From: Octopus bimaculoides
Taxonomy: Eukaryota
Assembly: GCF_001194135.2 (NCBI RefSeq)
Contig: NC_068988.1
Coordinates: forward strand, 42,438,000-42,501,999
Reading direction: 5' to 3'
DNA: 64,000 nucleotides
Positions within the stretch are counted from its first letter, which is position 1, and each line of letters opens with the position of its first letter. Under the pieces are notes generated by a model. That model searched no databases. It saw only the letters and a program-made list of their open reading frames with translations, and was not told the origin of the DNA. Shown piece by piece: positions 1 through 64,000 of this stretch. The position numbers and the translations under genes are program-made.

Positions 1-195
1 GAAACAGGAAGTAAAAGTGAGAGAAAGTTGTGGTGAAAGAGTACAGCAGGGTTCGCCACCATCCCCTGCCAGAGCCTCGTAGAGCTTTCGGTGTTTTCGC
101 TCAATAAACACTCACAATGCCCGGGCTGGGAATCGAAACCACGATCCCATGACTGCGAGTCCGCTGCCCTAACCACTGGGCCATTGCGCCTCCAC
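1..195 (-). mobile_element. tRNA-derived SINE (head at 195, body runs off the window)
   Basis: rc = GTGGAGGCGCAATGGCCCAGTGG(A box)TTAGGGCAGCGGACTCGCAGTCATGGGATCGTGGTTTCGATTCC(B box), followed by non-tRNA sequence. Confidence 0.8.
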
Positions 196-1970
196 AGTAT
201 ATAATCATAACCTACCCATCAACATGCCACCAGTGAACAGCAAAAGTACAAAGGTGTTTGATCCTAACAAATGACACAGACTGGAAAAGGTACAGATGAT
301 TAGGAAAATATGTAACAGTGAAAGCTTTGTAGCTGTAAGTTTGGCAACAATGAATCTACCATTCATTCCGTTTGTGTAGAGATGATTCATACACCACTGG
401 TTTTTTGAACCAAACCCCCTATAATGAACAAAGATAGATGTAATTGTATAGAAAATATGTTGTGTAAGTTGTGTTATAGAATCAGGAGGTAATTGAGTAA
501 AATAAGCGCTGTGTGAGTTGGGAGGTGGTTATGTAGAATGTACTGTGTGTTTGTATGCTGTAAGTTAATGAATTAAAAGCGTCATGTTTCCTGTATGGGC
601 TAATGTTTTGGGGTTGTGTATAAAATTGTAAATTCTGGTTTGGTTTTTATACTTATATTCTACTCAGAACACCAACTATTATTGGTACTGATTTTTACTC
701 TCATGTTGTATTCATTCATTTTACCTATTTTTGTTTTGTGATTTTTGTGAAAATAGTTATGACTTACTGATTGATATGTCCATCAGAATGCAAGGATTGT
801 CTTTCTGTTTGTATTATATCTGTGTGGTTTGTTTTGATTTCTTTGTTTCAAATTTTAGTATTCATATTGTCACATTTCAGATCTGCTATATGTTTAGACA
901 ATTCATTTTCTGTTTTGATGTACAAATGTCTGCATTGCTTCATGATCAATAACTTCTTATATATGTACCAACTCATGTTTACTGATATTGTATGTTATCA
1001 TCCATGTATCATGCATCATTCATTTTTGTCTCATTTCCATATCAGTATAGTTGTTTATCAGACAATACTTCAAATGTTCCTGTAATTTTTTGTCTGTTTT
1101 CACTTTAACTTTCCTCACTAGTCCACTTTTCACACATTCTGGTAGGTCACACACAACTGGATCCACTCTTACCCTCTCTCTCAGTTCATTGTTTCCTTTT
1201 TTATTCACTGCCCCTCTTTCATTCCTTTGCAGCACCACTCTTCTAAGAAAGGCAAACAAATTATTCTGTTATCTTAAGTTCAATAGTTATAAAAGTACAG
1301 AAGCTATCAAGTTACTGCTAGACTTTTGACCATACAGTCATTGTTACCCTTGTAATAACAAGCACGACTGAACACAATTTACTTCAGTTGTATATCTCTG
1401 GTCATCTCTAATGGAGCTGACTGATGGCTGAACAAATAGGTGTAATCCATGAATCCAGCATTGCAGATACACCATACCTCCATTTAGTTGAGGACCTCAC
1501 TTTGTACTTGAAAGTTAGTTTATTGAATATGTGGTGCACTATGATAGTGCAGGTGCATTACATTTTCTCCATTGTGTTGTCTGTATCCTGGGTAAGAGTC
1601 ACTGGTTGCTCTTCCTCTACACTTAACAGTCAGCATACAACTGGGTACAGAATTTGAAGTTAACAAGGTTATTGATGCTGTTTATAATTTTGTGTATGCA
1701 AATTTTGTATTTATCTGAACTGAGTAGGAGCAAGAGTGCTCCAAACTACTACTTCTAATTCATTACAACAGCTTGGGCAAAGTGAGAGAGTGAGGTTTAC
1801 TCTGCTCCTGCTGACCTGTCTTAAGTACCCTACATCATAACCACTACTACCACCACACGTGAAAACTGCAAGTACCCCTACTATCATTACCACTATCTTC
1901 ACTTCCACCACCATCACTGCCATCAGCTTCTATACTATCATCTCTACTAAAATGTATGTTATTTTATCAG

Positions 1971-59454
<57,484 letters not shown>

Positions 59455-60894
59455 GTTAGCAAAGGCTGCGTCGCTTGCTGTTGCTGCTGTTGTCGTAGTA
59501 TTAATAATTATTATTATAATAGTGGTGGTGGTGGTGGTAGAGTCAGAACAGTGACTTGATGGATTGCCATGGTGGGGATATTGTAATTGTGGCAGTGACA
59601 GTGGTGGTAGAGTTGGTGGTATTAACAACTGGAGTGTTGGAAGAAGTATGGTGGTGATAGTGGAGGTAGTATGGTGGGGATTAGGCAGCTTAAACTCTAG
59701 AATGGGGTAAAATCCAGAAGAGTGTTATAGTAAGTAAGGTTATTTATGAGTATGGCTTCAATGTCCTGACTGGGGTGAATACAGCAAATGTGCTACAAAT
59801 GGAATTGCCCTTTATTTTCACCTCTCTCTCCTCCGCTACCAAATTTCTTCCTTGTCTGTATGGTGGTAGTGTAACACACGCACGCACACACACACACAGC
59901 ATTCTATATTCCAGCTTGGCCAGAACAAAATTTTTAGCCAACCATCTTGAATGTATACACACACACACACACACATATACTATACATGAGTTGCTTTTTT
60001 TTTATAGATGTTTTCTGTTCCCTTCCATCTCTCAGGCTTAATGAAAAAATGTTATTAATCAATTAATTAATTAATGACTCATTATCACTATTTTATCTCT
60101 TTACATTTCTTCTTTGTAGTTGTAGCATTTTGTCTAATGCTCCACCATTTCTACCAATAATACTAATGGGAAATGGTGGTGGTGGTGGTGGTTGGGGTGG
60201 CTTATTATTATTATCATTATCATTGTTATTATTGTCATTATTATTATTTGCAGAATTGGTATAGTGTTGGACAAAATGCCTTGTAGTATTTAATTACCTT
60301 CTTTTATGTTCTGAGATTAAATCCCACCAAGGTTAACTTTGCATTTCAGCCATCTGAGTTCAAATTCCACTGAGGTAGACTTTACCTTTCATCAGTCTGG
60401 GGTTGATAAAACAAGTATCAGTTGAGTACTGGGAGTCTGAGTTATTGACTAAACCCTACTCCAAAATTTCAGACCTTGTGTCTATAGTAGAAAGAATTTT
60501 TTTATTATTATTGGTTCCTGAGGTTGATTTTGCCATTCATCTTCCAGGGTCAATAAAATAAGTACAGGATGAGTATCGGGGTTGATGTAATCAGCTTCTC
60601 TCTCCTCCTCAAAATTCCTGGTCTTGTGCCAAAATTAGAAAGAAATATTAGTATAATTGGTTAAGGCAGCAAGCTAGCAGAATTGTTAGATTATCAGGAA
60701 AAAATGCCTTCTGATAAATTCTCTGATTCAACATTCTGAATTCAAATCCTGCCAAGATCAACTTTGTCTTTCATCCTTTCAGGATTGGTGAAATAAAGCG
60801 CCACTCAAGTAGATGGGGTTGGTGGTATCAACTAACCATCTCCCTTCAAAACAGCTGGTTGTGTGCCTAATTTAGAAATGATTATTATTATCAT

Positions 60895-60936
<42 letters not shown>

Positions 60937-63900
60937 CAGCAGCAGTGAAGGTGTGTGGCCTAGTGGTTAGGGTGTTGCATTTACAATTACTAGATTGTGG
61001 GTTCAGATCCTGGACTGGGTGGCACATTGTGCTCTTCAGCAAAATAATTTCATTTCATGTTGCCCTATTTCACTCAGCTGTAAATGGAATAGTCTTCTGA
61101 TCAGGGGGAATGTTAGTCTGCTTATTTAGCCAGAAGGGTTGCATCATTCAGTTCTCTTTGCCTTATTAGACTTATACTAAGTAGTTCTTATTTCAGTTTT
61201 ATTGGTTTTACCTTAATGTTTGAATGAAAATCAGTGACAGCCCTCACTTTTCACTCCTATATTTTGGCATTATAAAACAAAAAATGAAATGTCTTTTTTC
61301 TCTTATCCACACACACTCAAGTTTCCTAACTTCTGTTGGAAGTGGACAATTTACAGGCATTATTGCCAGTAATATAGTTACAGGTGAATCCAAAGTTTCA
61401 GTTTTCTGTGACCTGACAGCAGTAATATTAACAAGAATAACAGCAATAGTAATTATCTGAAGCATATTAGTAAGGCCACAATTATTGGTTGATGAGCATA
61501 GCCAATTAAATAACCCACACTACTACTACTATTAGTAGTAATAGTAGTAGTTTCTTGCCAGAAATTTTGTATGAGTGGACAGTCCATTAAGTGGACCCTA
61601 GTACATGACTAGATCCTTTTACTGACGCCAGAAAAATGAAATGTAAAGATGACCTCAGATAATACCGTGTTCCTATGGATCATTTCCTTAAGTGTGTGTG
61701 TGTGTGTCACAATGGTGTCCAAATAATGATAATAAAATTACACCCAAAAGTGATGAATAAAGGAGATTTTTGCTTACCACTAGTTACATCTTCTGAGTCT
61801 CCAGTTACAGCTACTGCCCTTCTCTCCCCCCCCCCCACATCTCCTGCAGTATATTAACTGTTATTGTTGTTCTTGCATTACTCAGCCCTTTGTCTTCCTC
61901 CCTTTAGTTCTTACTTGGATTAGTATTTTCCCTTGTCATCCTAGCTGGTCAATGACTCTATCCTGTACATCTACTGTCCACTGTTGTCTGCCCCTCTACA
62001 TGTGGACAGTAATAGTCAAAAAAATACAAAAATTACTTACTAAGTGAAATGGTAGAATCTGTTGATTTTTGTACTTAATACTTGTATTGTTATATGGCTG
62101 AATGGTTAACATGTTTGACTTGTAATTATGGGGTCCTTGGGTTCAATACCAAGATACAGCACCTCCAGAAAATGCCTTCTACCATAGCATGGGAGTGGAA
62201 TTGAATAGACAATTGTGTGGCAGTCCATCTGATTGTCTCTACATATGACACCATAACACAACATAATGCTGATGATACCTGAGGATTACATCAAAGGTTT
62301 CAAGTGTCTGTAGAATACTCGACCACTTATACTGAACTGTAATTCATTGGTGAAGCTAATGTGAGCCTGGTTTACTTTTTTACTTTGCAGGTTTAGTTAA
62401 ATCCTTCAGATGAATTTGTTTTAATAAGCTGCCATCACCCAATTTGAAAATGGTCAGCATGCTTAGATGAAAGATCAATGCAATGTCTGCCTTGATAATC
62501 CCAACAGCCCTGACTTAATTCCCTACCAACATGGCATCAGATTAATGACACTACAAAAGATGATGTTCGGAGGATGTTGAGATGCATGATAAATCAGCAG
62601 ACACATCAGCTCTTTAGTAATGTTTGACTAGCTTCACAAAGGTACATGCTTGGAGATCAAAGCATCTGTTCTCAGTCAGCATGGTGGACACATGATATGC
62701 AATTCAGATAACAGCTTCAAATACCTCCAAACAATACAACTCAGTTTGTAGGGACCAAGTTCCATGACTAGCAGAACTAAGTCTAACAGTCCCTGGAATA
62801 CATAAATTTTAGTTCATATCATGCTATTATTTTGGGACTTCAGGGGTCCCATATCAAGCAGCTTTGTATTATTGTTCCTCTTAGAAACCAGTATGTTAAT
62901 TCTTTAGTATATTGGGGTGACAAGACATTCACTTTGTGACTTCTTTCCTATAACTAATATATATATGAAACACATTTATAAGTGCAATCAGCACTTTGTT
63001 TATTGTTTTCTGTTCAATCTTACAACAATTTAAATAAAAATTTAATTCTTTTTTAATCATCATTAATTAAGAGAAAATTTACAATGACTGTTCAGTTTAA
63101 AGGTGTTGAACCATGTAGGACTACATGTTCATAGTTTCAGATTATGTAATTTTCACTGAATTGTGACTCTGAGCAAGGCACCTAACACTGCTTGCTCCAG
63201 TCAGTCAATCTGACTGAACGACTTAAAATAAACCTGTTCTATTCCTTACTTTAAGTTGGGTGGTTAAGTGTTAAAGAAAAAACAGCAGGCCATTCAGTCA
63301 AATAAATTACTTCATCAAATACCCAACTGACTATAACATAGTCTGCTTGCAAGAATAGAAGTCATGGTGTTGATTGATAAAAGTTAAAAATTAAAAAAAA
63401 AACAACTACCTATTAACACCTAACCTAACCTTAACTTTATCATACCTTCTATTAAGAGTCCCTTCATGCAACTATTCTTCTGTGAAATCTGTTCATTTTT
63501 TGTTCTTTTATTTATATATATATATATTTTTTCTTCTTGATTCACTTCACCTCACTCCAATTACAAAGCTATTTAGAGGCAACAAGCTTTGAAAGGAATG
63601 CTGGGTAAATGAGGTGAGGCTGATTCACATAAGCTTTTTGATACATGACAACATGAAATGAAACATTAATTGGTTTAACCAACAAATTTATGAAGTGCTG
63701 TTCTTTTAATGTTTTCTCTCATGCCTGACATTTTTATTTTTTTGTTTTTCATCTCCGTTCTTCTAGTTGTTACCTTCCCTTGCTTTGCTCTCCTCTCTCT
63801 CTCTCTCTCTCCACACGCCTTCCCATTTCCAGGCTATGGTTACTAGTGGGTATCTAGTTGGGGAAAGTCTAAAGTTTGTAAATAATAACTGTTGTATAAT

Positions 63901-64000
63901 TTCTTATTGATGTGAAGTAAGCACCAATCTTGTTGCATAAAAGGAGAAAATCTTTGTTATAACTTCTAAAAAGTATATACATACATATGTGTGTGTGTGT

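Noticed and set aside
120-195. tRNA-like sequence with A and B boxes, also at other SINE heads
   Set aside because: It continues into repeat body and has no complete cloverleaf, so it is a SINE head and not a tRNA gene.

Overview
Eukaryotic, AT-rich, microsatellite- and repeat-dense genomic DNA with many assembly gaps. The repeat repertoire looks like an octopus or other coleoid cephalopod; this is inference and needs a database search. The window holds the 3' two-thirds of one large + strand gene, a BIG1/BIG2-type large Arf-GEF (ARFGEF1/2, Drosophila Sec71). I traced 25 GT-AG exons by hand from 1971 to the stop at 59454. They total 3641 nt (2 nt plus 1213 codons), keep reading frame at every junction, and cover the whole Sec7 domain and the HDS region. 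The 5' exons (DCB/HUS) lie upstream of the window. The introns hold tRNA-derived SINEs, 5'-truncated RTE-clade LINEs, TTAA-flanked piggyBac-like MITEs, two mariner remnants and two different Penelope-like element (PLE) remnants (one RT, one GIY-YIG endonuclease). The best hidden signal is in the 13-kb intron at 46954-47696: a young, non-coding 349-nt unit in tandem-plus-inverted arrangement, carrying a type I minimal hammerhead ribozyme motif on each strand, as expected for a retrozyme or PLE pseudo-LTR. Other points: paired perfect fold-back hairpins at 28085 and 29288, inverted RTE tails flanking exons, a decoy splice acceptor, an in-frame alternative donor, a possible alternative last exon and a Sec7 brefeldin-A-site substitution. 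No CRISPR, rRNA or genuine tRNA gene was found. Most ORF-track entries are microsatellite or N-gap artefacts.
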